From assembly GCA_963514005.1 (NCBI GenBank), contig OY740799.1, positions 16,926,001-16,990,000 on the forward strand: a stretch of DNA of 64,000 nt. Reading direction: 5' to 3'. The translations under genes and the position numbers were made by a program. The notes beneath the pieces were generated by a model. It worked only from the letters and a program-made list of their open reading frames with translations. It ran no database searches and was not told where the DNA came from. Origin of the DNA: Raja brachyura (lineage: Eukaryota). This document shows, piece after piece, positions 1 through 53,560 of this stretch (its first letter is position 1; every line of letters starts with the position of its first letter).

Positions 1-988
1 CGCGGACTCGATGGCCGATGGGCCTATTTCCACGTCGTATATCTAAACTCAATTAAACTAAACAACAACTTTTAAACTCTCACCATTTTAGAAGCATTCT
101 GCGCTGCTGTTTTCTATCATGGGTGACTTTACAATTTTCCTACATTATTTTGCATCTGCCATGTGCTTGTCCATGCAATCGACCTATTTATATCTCCCTT
201 AAACCGTCCAACATCCCGCGCTGCACACGATTTTGTATCGTCAGCAAGAATATTGTATTTGAGACCCTCATTCAAATCATTGTTGTGGATTGTGAACAGC
301 CACAAATGGAATACGTTCCAGATGTACAGGCTTTTCAAAGGGTGTATCAACAGGATTCCAGAGATGAAAAACTCTAGTCAGATGGATAGGCTGAAAAAGC
401 TGGGATTATTTTCCTTGGCACAGAGGAGGCTCACAGAAGGGAATCTGATATAGATATATGAAATCATGTAGGATAGAAGTAAATTAGATAGACATGGTTT
501 CAATTGGCAATGTGGTCTATAAGTTCTCTATGTGGAATGAAATGATTGGCAAAATTAACATAATCAAAACGTTTTTTTCTGGACAGATGATTGGGGTCTG
601 GAATGTGTTCAATTGTAGCAGAATAATTATCCAAAATGAAAGCACCTGCAGGATGATGGGGAGAGGAGTGTCCTTTGGGGACCAGCAGGGTTTCCCTTAC
701 ATGGAGCTGGTACAGGCTCAATAAGCCAAGAGGCTCCATTGCTGTAACCAGTCTGAGATTCTGTCATTCACCAATGCAGTGCCGAAGAGATGGCTCACTG
801 TCACAGCGCAGGTCTAGAGGAGGATTTTATAACTGGCAAGGAGAGAAAGCTCTTAAGAGAATGAATCTCAGGCCAGATGACCAGACGCCAAGGCATACGC
901 CTTTCAATGATGAGATGAAACCAGTTTTGGGGATTGTAGGCTCTTGGACAGATATTCTGATGCTGTGTTTGAATCGTTTGTTGCTTAG

Positions 989-41729
<40,741 letters not shown>

Positions 41730-42882
41730 TTCACACTGTCACAGAGGGACAAGCACACACTGACGCACATACACTGAAACATCAAGCACTATCAATGCAC
41801 CCATGGCCGCGTTTTACTGCTGTAAGGAGGAGAGGAGGAAACCCAGCTGATATTAAAGTGACAGGCCAAACTATTAACCTTCAATGTTGGCCCGAGCAAT
41901 CAGACAGCAGGACCAGGTACGAGCTTTGAGAGTGTGCACAACTTTTAAAACAGATGGATTAGAAAGTCCCATCTCTCTCTCTCTCTGTTCAGCTAGAGTA
42001 TGTGTATCTGCCATCTGAAGTGCTTTTGTTCAAGTTCTGTCTTCATGTCACTGTTTCTGAGCTTATCCGTTCACTATTATGTAAATTATATTTTAATTTT
42101 TATAGTTTATGTGGGTGCGATATCCAATTCGAGGCTGTGAAAGGGATTCTAGATTCTTGGGCCTTGTCATTATTGAACGTGGTCATATTTATATTCAATC
42201 TAGACACTCCCATGGAGAGTACACAGAGAGCATTCAGAGCACATCTTCCCACATACATTCTAAACTAATCACATTGCTTCACAACCTGACTGTGTCTCTG
42301 AATCAATTAACAGTTCACCTAATCCCCAATTTTTCCATTTCATTGTACATCGAACTGTTGGTTTCACAATTCCCTTCCCTTTCTCTTCCAAAAAGAGTGA
42401 GAGCGAGAAAGAAAATATCTTTTCCAATATTCATAGTGTTGGCAATACTGTAATTCTCCACAGGCTCCAGAATTTTTGAGGAATTTCCTTACTGAAAAAT
42501 GTTGGGTTTGTGCCACCTCCACTGTTGTTCATCCAAAGGGCAGATGAGGCCCAGGTTTAACCTCTCATCTAATGAGTAACTCATCATGTAGCAATATCCC
42601 TGGTGTATCAGCCAAGTTTTTTGCTCTTGGGTGTTATGGATGGGACTGGAATCCATTGACACCATTAATGGTGCATGATAATCCTTGAGCAAATTATCAC
42701 TCGATTGAGCAACAAACCCAGACTAATCTCACGAGCTCTCTTTCATGGGAGTGTTACATCCCTGTTCCAATATCTTGAAATGAGCCTCTCCAGGGATCTG
42801 GGGTTAAGATTTTAAGAAGCGGAATTTATTTAATCTTTGCTCACATTATCACTAAGGATTGTTAATGTCTAGTATACACTGC

Positions 42883-42888
42883 AATAAA
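42883..42888 (+). terminator. Probable kcp polyadenylation signal
   Basis: AATAAA ~1.15 kb after stop, followed by a U/GU-rich tract (ttttttgttatttgttttgttg). Confidence 0.6.
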
Positions 42889-43375
42889 ACCACTTTTTTG
42901 TTATTTGTTTTGTTGAAATGATCTGTTAATTTATGTGCCTGTCATTATACATGGACCCACATTAGAAGACACCATTTTGTGCAGAATTACAGAAAGAACT
43001 CTTAAAACAGTATAAACATTCCCTCAATTCTTCGTCCTTCAGTTAATTCATACATAACTACATTCTCCAAATCCTTAACCACACATTCTTCAAGTGAATG
43101 GTGATCATGGAAACTGGAGTATTTAAATGTTTGCTCATCCTCTCTCAGATGATTGCTTGGGATTGAGGATAACTTGCTTCCTTTTCAGTTTTGTGGATTG
43201 CTTTCTGAATGAAGTAAGATTTGCGCCATATGGAAAGTACTGTTAATATGGATAACACTCAGTCCTTAAGAGCTAGACATAGTCAATATCAGCCAAGTGG
43301 AACAGAGATGTATATTCTAGAGTATTTCCCTTATTCTCCCCAGAGGTTATTCAATGTCTTCTTTGTAAAAAAAAA

Positions 43376-43582
43376 GACACAAAGTGCTGGAGTAACCCAG
43401 CGGGTCACGCACCATCTCTGCAGAATATGGATAGGTGACGTTTCAGGTCAGCAGTCTTCTTCAGACAACCCGAAACATCACCTATCCATGTTCTCCATAG
43501 GTGGTTCCTGACCCTCTGAATTATTCAAACACTTTGCGTCTTTTTTTATATACCAGCAACTGTAGCTCCTTGCATCTACTTC
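43376..43582. mobile_element. Inverted pair of Penelope-like repeat fragments
   Basis: gacacaaagtgctggagtaa...ggataggtgacgtttc pairs with gaaacatcacctatcc...cactttgcgtc. Confidence 0.6.
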
Positions 43583-43896
43583 TTTGTGATCTTGTGTCCT
43601 TCAGGCACTTACAAAGGGAAGGAGGCAGGTTATCGCAGGAAAACAAAAGTGTCTGATAATGCATTTCAGCCACTGTGATGTGGAATGCTTCCAGATCTGA
43701 TGGTCCTTTCCTGCCTCTGTTTTCAGAGCGAACAATGTGCACAACCTTGCCACCAGCACAGAATGATAGGTCGATAACCTTTTGTAAATGCCTATTCTGT
43801 TCTTCCAACGTTCACCTTCAAAGCTCCTAACTAACTATCTCAGCAGAAAGGTTGATGGGAATTGTTCCAGAGAGTAAATCCAAATCCAACAAAAAT

Positions 43897-44240
43897 GGTA
43901 AGCAGCACGGTGACACAGCGGTAGTGTTGGTGCTTGCAGCGCCAGAGATCCAGGTTCGATCCCGACTATGGGTGCGGTCTGTATGAAGTTTCAGACTATG
44001 GACACTATGGGTGCGGTCTGCATGAAGTTTCTATGGTCACCGTGACCGCGTGGATTTTCTCCTTGATCTTCGGTTTCCTCCCACACTCCAAGGATGTACA
44101 GGTTTGTAGGTTAATTGGCTTGGTGCAAGTGTAAATTGTCCCTAGCGTGCGTAGGATAGTGTTAATGTGCAAGGATCGTTGGTCGATGCGGACACGGTGG
44201 GCTAAAGGGCCTGTTTCCACGCTGTATTTCTAAACTAAAC
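43897..44240 (+). mobile_element. tRNA-derived V-SINE (HE1-like)
   Basis: B-box GGTTCGATCCC, internal ~40-bp duplication, ctaaactaaac tail. Confidence 0.85.
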
Positions 44241-44551
44241 AAAATCCTTTGAACTTCATTTTGGTGTGAAATATTGTGAAATGTGAGTGAGCATGAATCT
44301 CCATAGGAATCAGTAACACAGAATTAAATTTCAGCTATGACTGAGCATTCAGCTATCACTCACCTGACTGAGACCTTCACACTCCCACAATAGCTTCCTC
44401 TCCCATGTAAGAGTTTCCTCATTCCAATCACCGTTGTGAGGTGGTTCTCTCAAACCAATGTCTGTAAATTTGACTCTTCCCTGCCTTCCCCATGTCTGAA
44501 CAGAACTCTCTTAACCAGTCCTCAGCCTCTACCACATGGGCTGTTCTGAGC

Positions 44552-44557
44552 TTTATT
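44552..44557 (-). terminator. Candidate drd4-like poly(A) signal
   Basis: AATAAA on - strand ~0.6 kb past the stop codon. Confidence 0.35.
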
Positions 44558-45164
44558 ATTGGTACAATCCCAGTGATTACCCACAGACTTTGTAATTTAA
44601 TAATTGCACAATAAAATCCTCATTGTGCAGTTGAAAATCTCTTAGTTTAGAAATTTTCCAGTCTACTTTTCTCTTAATACATTCTGCGCTCCGTTCCCTT
44701 TCTGGCCTTTCTTAGCAGATTCTTTTACCTGCGGACCTCAAATGCGAGTGCAAGTACCCCTCTTCCCCACTGCAGCACGATCATGAGTAGGTGGTTCAAA
44801 GTGCCTGTCCAGTTCGTTAGTTGCAGTCCCTTTCCAAGCAGTGGAGTCACCGAACCTCTGCACAGTCAGAAACCTTGCATGTTCTGGGCCTGCTCTCACC
44901 CAGGTCGATGCCCCCTCCTCCCACAATCTTCACTTCAGGCAACGATGACTACCTCAAAACAAAAATCAAATTTTCAAGGTATCTGTTTAAAGGTGTTCAA
45001 AGATGGGAATGTGGAATGAGTGGAGATGGCAGCTGGCTTCAGTCTTGCTCTTCCTGAGGCAGGTGTAGGAAGAGCAACAAACCTTCTGCAGACTCTGCCC
45101 CCCTCCCCCCCCCCTCCCCTCTCCCCGAAGCAACAGCCACAGTTCCACCATCCACGATGCTTCT

Positions 45165-45367
45165 TCACGTTTGGCAGCGCAACAGCCTCTGGAAAACCTT
45201 CCTGAACTCAACGTTGAAGACGGTGTAGATGATGGGGTTGACAGCACTGTTGACATAACCCAGCCAGGTGACGATGCTGATCAATGTGGGCCCAATGGCG
45301 CAGACCTCACACAAAACCTTCAGCACGTGGACCACGAAGAAGGGAGTCCAGCAAGCCAAGAACACCC
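45165..45367 (-). CDS. drd4-rs: drd4-like coding exon 4 (TM6-7, stop)
   Basis: ccag|(G)[13 protein letters not shown]...[24 protein letters not shown]. Confidence 0.92.
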
Positions 45368-48300
45368 CTGGAAACACAACAGCAAAGGAAGTCAAACTGC
45401 TTCTTCTTTCCGGACTGGAATTTAATGCAGGTGAAAGGTGATTGTTTAAGCTACTCCTCAAATTCTTCCCCAACTCCCCAAATAAACCACTGGAGAACAG
45501 CAGGTGGACAGCATCTGTGGAGGAAAGTGTGGCTCCTTAGCCTTAACTCTCCTCCAGAGACCCCAGCCACCCACCCTGTCCTCATAACCCCATTCACACC
45601 AATTCCTCCTCCATCAGCCTCCCCAGCCCATGTAGTGAGGAGAGGCTGGTTGGGGACCTGAGGAGAGTCAATGTGAGGACACAGAGTGAGTCAAGGTGGG
45701 CAGATGTACCGAGCCAGACTTACTTTGCTGCCTCACACCTACTCTCCTCTCCTCACGGTCCTTGTCCACCCATCCAACCCCAGCCCACCCAATCCAACCT
45801 CATCACACCTCTCACCTCCAGCCAATCCCCGCCCCAACCCTGCACAATCCAACCTCATCCCACCCAACACCTCCAGCCCAAACCCCATCCCAACCTCACC
45901 CAACCCCAGCCGTCCACAACCCAACCTCATCCCACCCCTCACCTCCAGCCCAATCCCCAGCCCTCCACGACCCAACCTCATCTCACCCCACACCTCCAGC
46001 CAATCCCTCACTTCCAGCCCAATCCCCGCCCCAACCCTGCACAATCCAACCTCATCCCACCCCACACCTCCAGCCCACCCCACACCTCCAGCCCACCTCT
46101 CACCTCCAGCCCTCACCCAACCCCAGCCGTCCACAGCCCAACCTCATCCCACCCCTCACCTCCAGCCCACCCCAGCCTAATCCCACCCCGCTCTCTCCGC
46201 ACCGCCGCAGTGTTAGCGCCCACCTACTACGATGGGCAGCACTTTCATCGCCTTCCTCTCCCGCCGGCTGACCCTGCGGCTCTTCGGCCCGGCCCCCGTA
46301 CTGGCCGCACACCCGTTCTCCCTCGGGTTGGCCGCCTCGGGAGACTCCATGTCCGACGTGCTGTCGAGCGGCGGCGTGACCAGCGCTCCTTGCAGACCGG
46401 GACCGGGGCCGGGGCTGGGTCCAGCGGCCGCCGCCAGCTGCGGGCCAGCTTCTGCCTTGGCTCCGGTGGCCGTGAGGCGAAAGGAGAGCGTCCGGTCCCG
46501 GTCCCGGTCCCTGTCCCTGTCCCGCTGCCGGACCTCAGGCTTCATCCCCCAGCGTCGGAGCCCACGGAACATGCCGTAGTAGAGGAAGAGCATGGCCGGA
46601 CACGGGATGAAGAAGGAGCAGATGGAGGAGTAAACTACAAAGTTGCCGTCCTCCAGCTTGCAGGTCGTCGTATCTCGCTGAGCCACGTTGTTGAGCCCGA
46701 AGATGACGGGACAAGCCACGCCGAAGGACAGGAGCCATGTGGCCGCGATGAGGATCAGTTGCCGAGCGCTGAATTGGTTCCTGTTGTACTTGAGGGGCAC
46801 CATCACTGCAATGTACCTGCACAAGAGGAGAAGCTGAGGCGTCAGTGGACGGCGCTCACGTTGCACTCACACGGCAGCCAAGAATCAACTGCGTGGACTT
46901 GGTAGTTTGTTCATATCCCCACATTGCAACAAACCCATTCAGACAATCCAGTGGGCAATGATCTCAGGGCCGCCATTGCTAATACTAGGTCGTGAATTCC
47001 ATATTTTTTAATTACTTTTATTGAGGTTTGTTTGTTTCATATATGTGTGTATGTGTTGGAAGGAACCGCAGATGCTGGTATTAAACCGAAGATAGACACA
47101 AATGCTGCCAGTCTTACAATACAATACATCATCGTTATTGTCATTTGACCCTCATTGAGGTTCAAACGAAATTTAGTTTCTGCAGTCATACAAACAAGAA
47201 AAGAACCAAGACACAACACAATTTACACAAACATCCATCACAGTGAATCTCCTCCTCACTGTGATGGAAGGCAAAGTCTTATCTCTCCCCTGCGCTCCCC
47301 ATTCTCCTCCCGATGTCAGAGTCAAAGCCCCCGGTGGGATGGTAAATAAGTCCCGCGGCCATTCAGGCCGCGCCGGGCGATGCCGTGCTCCGGCTCTTGA
47401 TGTTGGAGCTCCCGGTGGGCGCTAGCAAGTCCCGTGGCCATTAAAGCCGCGCCGGTCGATGTAAGGCCCCGTAACGCGGGCGGGAGACGTAGCTGCCGCG
47501 GGAGCTCCGAAAAGCGGTCTCCCACCAGGGACCCGCGAGCTCCCGGTGTTACCGTCCACCGGCCTGCAGCTGGAGCCTCCGAATCTCCGGGGTCGGGCAG
47601 CAGCTGCGCGCCACCACAGCTCCTCCTGTTCCTAACTCAGCCAGCTCCACGACGGTGAGTAGTCCACAGGCTCCGCGACTGGAGCCCCAGGTCCGGTTGG
47701 AGGCCGCTTCACGGTGCTAGGCCCCAACGGCAAAGGAGGCCCGACAGAGGAATGGTCAGGTCCTCCGTACAGGAAAAATATTTTAAAAGTCTACCATCAC
47801 CTCCCCCCCCCCCCCCCCCCCACATAATGGGAAAAAAAAACTGTTAACCAAGAAGTGTGGTTCTGTATCATTACGATAATTTGTATATAAGCAGACACTG
47901 AACCTCTTATTCTATAAAATATAGTTTTGCTGAATCCCCTTTCACCTAGTACTTTATCAAACATTTTCTTAAAATCCATGAAGGCAACATCCACTGTCTT
48001 CCATTTATTGCTTTATCAAAAATACTAATTTAGGTCATGAAAGCCCTTTCACAAATTTGTGCAGCCTCAAACAATTAACGCAAATATATACAAACGCTTT
48101 TAAAATGATTTCCTTGTTTATTACTTCGAAAACCTTATCTATCACTGATGTTAAACTGACTTGTTCATAATGAGCATAACACTAAACAAGGGTGTCATTC
48201 ATCTTCATTTTAAATCTTATGTAAGTAACCTAAGGACATCAGTTACATAAGAACATACAGCATAGCAAAAGGGCAGGCACCCTGTTCCCTCATCTGCTTT

Positions 48301-49995
48301 TAACTAATTTTAATTCTGCATTAGATGGGACACACCAGATAAGGGTCAAATTCTCTACAGTGGAAGCGGCCTTGCAGTCACTTCAATCTGGAGGTTTTTT
48401 GGAGGTGGGTTTATGGTTGCCTCTGAGAGTAGATGAACATTGATACTGACCTGTCCACACTAATGGCACATAGGTTGAGAATGGAAGCTGTGCAAAGCAT
48501 CACATCCATGGTCATTAACGCATCACACAGGAACATGTTCAAAGTCCAAATCCCCCCATGAAACTAGAGGAAAGCAGAAAGATTGAGTTGAGACAGAACC
48601 AACACAGCTAGTGGAGCCTCGCATGGACATACTGGCAGAGTTATTCTAATATAGAGAGCAAACAAGAGCATAGGGGAAGTTTCCCGGTTGGACTTTCTTT
48701 TGTGGGAACATAGCAAAGGCCGTTCAGACTCATACTTGATGGACATTGGGTGCAGGCAGATTGTTTAATTCTAAGCAAGTTGATGTATCAGGACCACAGG
48801 ACCTATCCTTTTTTTAATTCCATAATGGCTACCTGCCATTGCTTGCACTCAACATGAGAAAGCTTTTGTTCAACAACTTTAACCCATGTTTGAAGAAAGT
48901 ACCAATATAGATCAATAGGTCCAAAATAATCAGAATTATTTCCAGAGAGAGAAAGCACTGAATGAATGGGTGAATGGGAATAGTGTGGAAAATGGAGAGA
49001 AAGTGTATATGTAGCAACAGGGGAAATGTGGTTAATAGGGTTACAGTGAGTTGAAGGAATGAGTGAGTTGGAGAAGAGGGACTGAGGTTGAGGGATTTAA
49101 AAAGATGGATAAGATGTTGGTCTATGCAAAGTGAAAAAGGTTTGTTTAATCCAAAGGACAATTTCTATTGCAACTATTTTAGCTTTATATTAATCAGTCC
49201 GTCATTATTTAAATAGTTGTCTCCTGATACAGAGTGTGCATTTAACTATCTGGTACTAGCCTTTGATATGTCTGAGAGATACTGCAGAAGGAGCATTACT
49301 CTGTATCTAATCTGCCTTCGATATTTGACAAGCCAACACAGATAAACATCTTTATTGAATCTTGAGCAAGATAGATAGTGATCAAGGATTTGGCAGTCAG
49401 TTGAAAGAATTCATGTTTATTGAAGAATGGGATTTTTAAATACTTCTGCCACTTATCACTAGATGCCTGATGTCAGACCTGCTACTAGTTGTGGCATTTA
49501 TGTAGTTGGTGAAGGAACATTGGAGGTTGTTATGGGTGCGTGAATGCTAGTAGCCACATCTGCCCATTCCTGCATGTTCTCCAACAAGTTCATTATTTGA
49601 GAGATTACGAATAGAAATAAGGACTCTGCAATCATCATCAAACATCCCACTCTTGACCTTGTGCTGGAGAAAAGGGTAATTGGTGAAGCATCTCAGTATA
49701 TACCCTGGAGCTGGCTTGCGGGTTATTTGACTGGTGAGTGAGTGAGTGAATGCTCTACCTCAGTGTACACGTAGAGAGGCAGAACAAGAACTGCGAGAAG
49801 TAGATCTGCTACAGCCAGGCTGACAATGAAGTAGTTTGTTGCTGTCTTCAGAGACCTTTTGAGAAGCACACTGAGGCACACCAGAATATTACCCAGCATG
49901 GTGGCCACAATGAGCAGGGTACCAAACAGGAGGGCCAAATAATTGTATGGAGAGCTGCCATCCTCCTGAGTTTTATTCGCTATCCCATTGAACAT
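45165..49995 (-). CDS. drd4-rs: D4-type dopamine receptor (D4-related), 381 aa, 4 coding exons
   Basis: Exons 49995-49759, 48563-48451, 46816-46224, 45367-45165 join in frame (1146 nt). 7TM motifs: GN, LAVAD, TM3 Asp (MDV), DRY, TM5 YSSICSF, CWTPFF..H, NPIIY, short Cys-containing C-tail. The 4-exon layout is that of D4 receptors; [25 protein letters not shown] and LKYNRNQFS recall fish drd4-rs (from memory). Confidence 0.85.
45765..46190. repeat. C/A-rich minisatellite in drd4-like intron 3
   Basis: Repeated caacctcatcccacccctcacctccagcc units. Confidence 0.9.
46224..46816 (-). CDS. drd4-rs: drd4-like coding exon 3 (TM4-5, ICL3)
   Basis: gcag|[14 protein letters not shown]...[13 protein letters not shown]|gtggg. 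Confidence 0.92.
47115..47860 (-). mobile_element. Non-autonomous retroelement with GC-rich core in drd4-like intron 2
   Basis: caataca tail, abrupt CpG-rich block 47340-47770, poly-C; no coherent ORF. Confidence 0.5.
48451..48563 (-). CDS. drd4-rs: drd4-like coding exon 2 (TM3)
   Basis: ctag|[37 protein letters not shown](R)|gtcag; not in ORF track. Confidence 0.92.
49759..49995 (-). CDS. drd4-rs: drd4-like coding exon 1 (N-term, TM1-2)
   Basis: [10 protein letters not shown]...LPLYVYTE|gtaga; NKT sequon; ATC ATG context. Confidence 0.88.
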
Positions 49996-51277
49996 GATGA
50001 CGTGACCAAATCTTCAGCACTGTCTGGATGCTTCAGGACCATCTGAAAAGAAGAATATTGGTCAATAGATAATAGACAATAGGTGCAGGAGTAGGCCATT
50101 CAGTCCTTCGAGCCAGCACCGCCATTCACTGTGATCATGGCTGATCATCCACAATCAGTACCATGTTCCTGCCTTCTCCCCATATCCCTTGACTCCGCTA
50201 TCTTTAAGAGGTCTATCCAACTCTCTCTTGAAAGCATCCAGAGAATTGGCCTCCACTGCCAGTCAAGTCATGTTGTGGGAGCACACATCGCAATTACAAT
50301 CAGTTCTTTCTTGACTTCTCTATTTTCAACTCAGAGTATAGGTCACCAATCACTATCCTTTACAAGCCTAAGATTCCCATAGCCATTTTTTCCTAGACTC
50401 TTCCCAGCTTGTATCCTGTAAGAACTTCATATAATTTCCCCATTTACTACAGGTTCATTGCCATGCTCTGTTTCCCACAGTTCCAGCATGTATTTAATTG
50501 CCTCTTCTCTGCTCTCTCACCATTTACTCCACCTCAACTCAGATCAGTTGCCGTTACCTCACCCCATTTCCTTTTGGCCTCCATCCTATCACAGGCATTC
50601 CACGTGTTCTCTCTACCCGATCCCTTATTTGCAACTTAAAACATGTTTGATTTTTCATTTTCCCCATTTCTGATCAATGGCCATTAACTTGAAACATCAT
50701 CACTGTTTCTCTCTCTACAGAGGCTGCGCGATATCCTGAGTATTTCCATCCTATTTTGATTTTTAATCCCAGCTCTTGATCACTGTTCAATGACCCTGGG
50801 TTCGTGAGTGGGGAAAGCGAGCAGGTGGCCAAAGCTCCTGGTTGCTGCACAATGACTCATGAGCTGTAGAGAATTGCCATAGCACCAAGCTTTTTGGAGT
50901 TGGTGGAGGAAGCTAAAAGTGAGAAACGTCTCAAATAGATGACATCAAACATGGCTGTAATGTTCATCTCTTGTAATTTTATCCTGAGATATTATCCACC
51001 ATCCCTCCCCAATCTTCCATCCTCCCTGCTGTCTTCCTATCAATCAGCCTCACACATGCATTCCTTTCTGGGTCTGGGTTGTAATGATGAGCTGGTTCCC
51101 CTGTTAACATTCCTTAGTCTCTCTCACCTGCTGCTGAAGGAAACTGTAATCACTCATTTTACTCTGAGCTAAATGTATTTGTCCATTTCCCCTGCTTCCA
51201 CAATGGAGTTTTTTTTTTACTGGCCACTGCATCAGTATGACTTACTGAAAGCTCAGAAGTAAAAGATAAATTTAGCC

Positions 51278-52391
51278 AATAGACAATAAATCATAGGCAA
51301 TAGGTGCAGGAGTAAGCCATTCGGCCCTTCAAGCCAGCACCACCATTCAATGTGGTTATGGCTGATCATCCCCAATCAGTACCCCGTTCCTGCCTTCTCC
51401 CCGTATCCCCTGACTCCACTATCTTTAAGAGTCCTATCTACCTCTCTCTTGAATGGATCCAGAGAGCCGGCCTCCACTGCCCTCTGAGTCAGAGAATTCC
51501 ACAGACTCACAACTCTCTGTGTGCAAAAGTGTTTCCTCATCTCCGTTCTAAATGGCTTACCCCTTATTTTTAAACAGCGAACCCTGGTTCTGGACTTCCC
51601 CAACATCTGGAACATGTTTCCTGCCTCTAGCGTGTCCAAACTCTTAATAATCTTATATGTTTCAATAAGATATCCTCTCATCCTTCTAAACTCCAGAGTA
51701 TACAAGACCAGCCGCTCCATTCTCTCAGCATATGACAGTCCCGCCATCCCGGGAATTAACCTTGTTAAACTATGCTGCACTCCCTCAATAGCAAGAATGT
51801 CCTTCCACAAATTAGGGGACCAAAACTGCACACAATACTCCCGGTGTGGTCCCACTAGGGCCCTATACAACTTAGAAGGTCCTCTTTGCTCCTATACTCA
51901 ACTCCTCTTGTTATAAAGGCAACATGCCATACGCTTTCTTCACTGCTTGCTGTACCTGCATGCTTACTTTCATTGGCTGATGAACAAGAACCCCCAGATC
52001 CCGTTGTACTTCCCCTTTTCCCAACTTGACACCATTTAGATAATAATCTGCCTCCCTGTTTTTGCTACCAAAGTGGATAACCTCACATTTATCCACATTA
52101 AACTACATCTGCCATGCATCTGCCCACTCATCCAACCTGTCCAAGTCACCCTGCATTCTCATTGCATCCTCCTCACAGTTCACACTGCCACCCAGCTTTG
52201 CGTCATCTGCAAATTTGCTAATGTTACTTTGAATCCCTTCATCTAAATCATTGATGTATATTGTAAATAGCTGCGGTCCCAGCACTGAGCCTGGCAGTAT
52301 CTCACTAGTCACTGCCTGCCATTCTGAAAGGGACCTGTTAATCCCTACTCTTTGTTTCCAGTCTGCCAACCAATTTTTTATCCATGTCAGC
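51278..52391 (-). mobile_element. CR1 LINE 3' fragment (second subfamily)
   Basis: WLADWKQRVGIN...KFADDAKLGG...; (ctattg)n-like tail. Confidence 0.9.
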
Positions 52392-52639
52392 ATTCTTTCA
52401 GACCATGCTGTCTCTCAGCAAATGGTCAAGCAATGAGAGAGGTAGAACCGCAATGCGAGCATGGGGAGCATTTAATTGTTCTGATTAATTCAAGGTTCAT
52501 CTTTTGGTACCGATTGTTTCTGGGCAAAACTTTTTCTGCGGCTCTGCTTTCTCATCAAGACCTGCTTACGACCGATATATGTATGACATTTTAAAAGATA
52601 TGGTGCAGTATCACATATTCAATGCCAGTTTAAATTTAA

Positions 52640-53560
52640 AACATGGGATTTAATATACAGTGCCAATACAGGTATAAAACTGAACAAGTGAAAGCATGAA
52701 GTATGGTGAACGTGTTTCTTTCAGACTGGTGGAAACTATACAACGGCACCTTGTAGGGGTCAGCGTTAGAACCATTGCTCTTCCTGATACAGGTCAGAAA
52801 TACATATCCAATCCACATTTGATTTTATAGGCTTTACAAAATACTGAAAAGCAACAAATAATGATTATAAAAATAGACTTCATAAGGACGTAAACAGAAT
52901 AATGAGTTAGTAAACTTGTATATGAAATTTAAGGCAGATTATTGTGAAGCGATTGCTTTGATAGGGAGAACAACAAGATATAATATGGACTAAATAGTAA
53001 CATTTTAAAGGGGATGCAGGGACAGAATGACTACATTGCTTGGACACAAATCTATGAAGGTAACGGGGCCAAAATCAAGCATGCTGTTAGAAAATTGATT
53101 ATTTTTGTTCCAGTTAAAGAGAGAATAAGAGAAAGTTGTGCCAGGTCACTGGGTGTGTTGTCAGGAGCACTGTGGCCAATTCTAGGCTGAACACTTTAGG
53201 AAAGATGCATAGGCCTGGGAAAGAGCAGAAGAGATTTACTGGGAGGTGACCAGGGATGACAACCTTATTCATGGGGAGCGCATGGGGAGTCTGCAATGGT
53301 TCTTAGATTACAGAGGTCAAATGGACATGTGGTTAAAATCATAGAGAGTGTTCAAAAGAGTAAGAAGATGTTTCCAGTGGCAAAAAAGTACAGATTTAAA
53401 TTAATTAGCAAAAGATTCAGAAACAATGAAGAAATATGTTTTAGGAAGTGGTTGCAATCTGTATTCTTTTGCATGAAGGGCTGGTGGCGGCTGAGCCAAT
53501 ACTAGTTTCATAAACCTGAAGGAAAGAATTGAAGAACCATGAAGAAACTGGGATTGGCTT
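52640..53560 (+). mobile_element. Highly decayed CR1-like fragment
   Basis: Remnants of QGSALEPLLF and downstream ORF2 motifs. Confidence 0.45.

Noticed and set aside
45673-46905. 410-aa + strand ORF rich in P/Q/H
   Set aside because: Product of a stop-free minisatellite plus the antisense of GC-rich receptor exon 3
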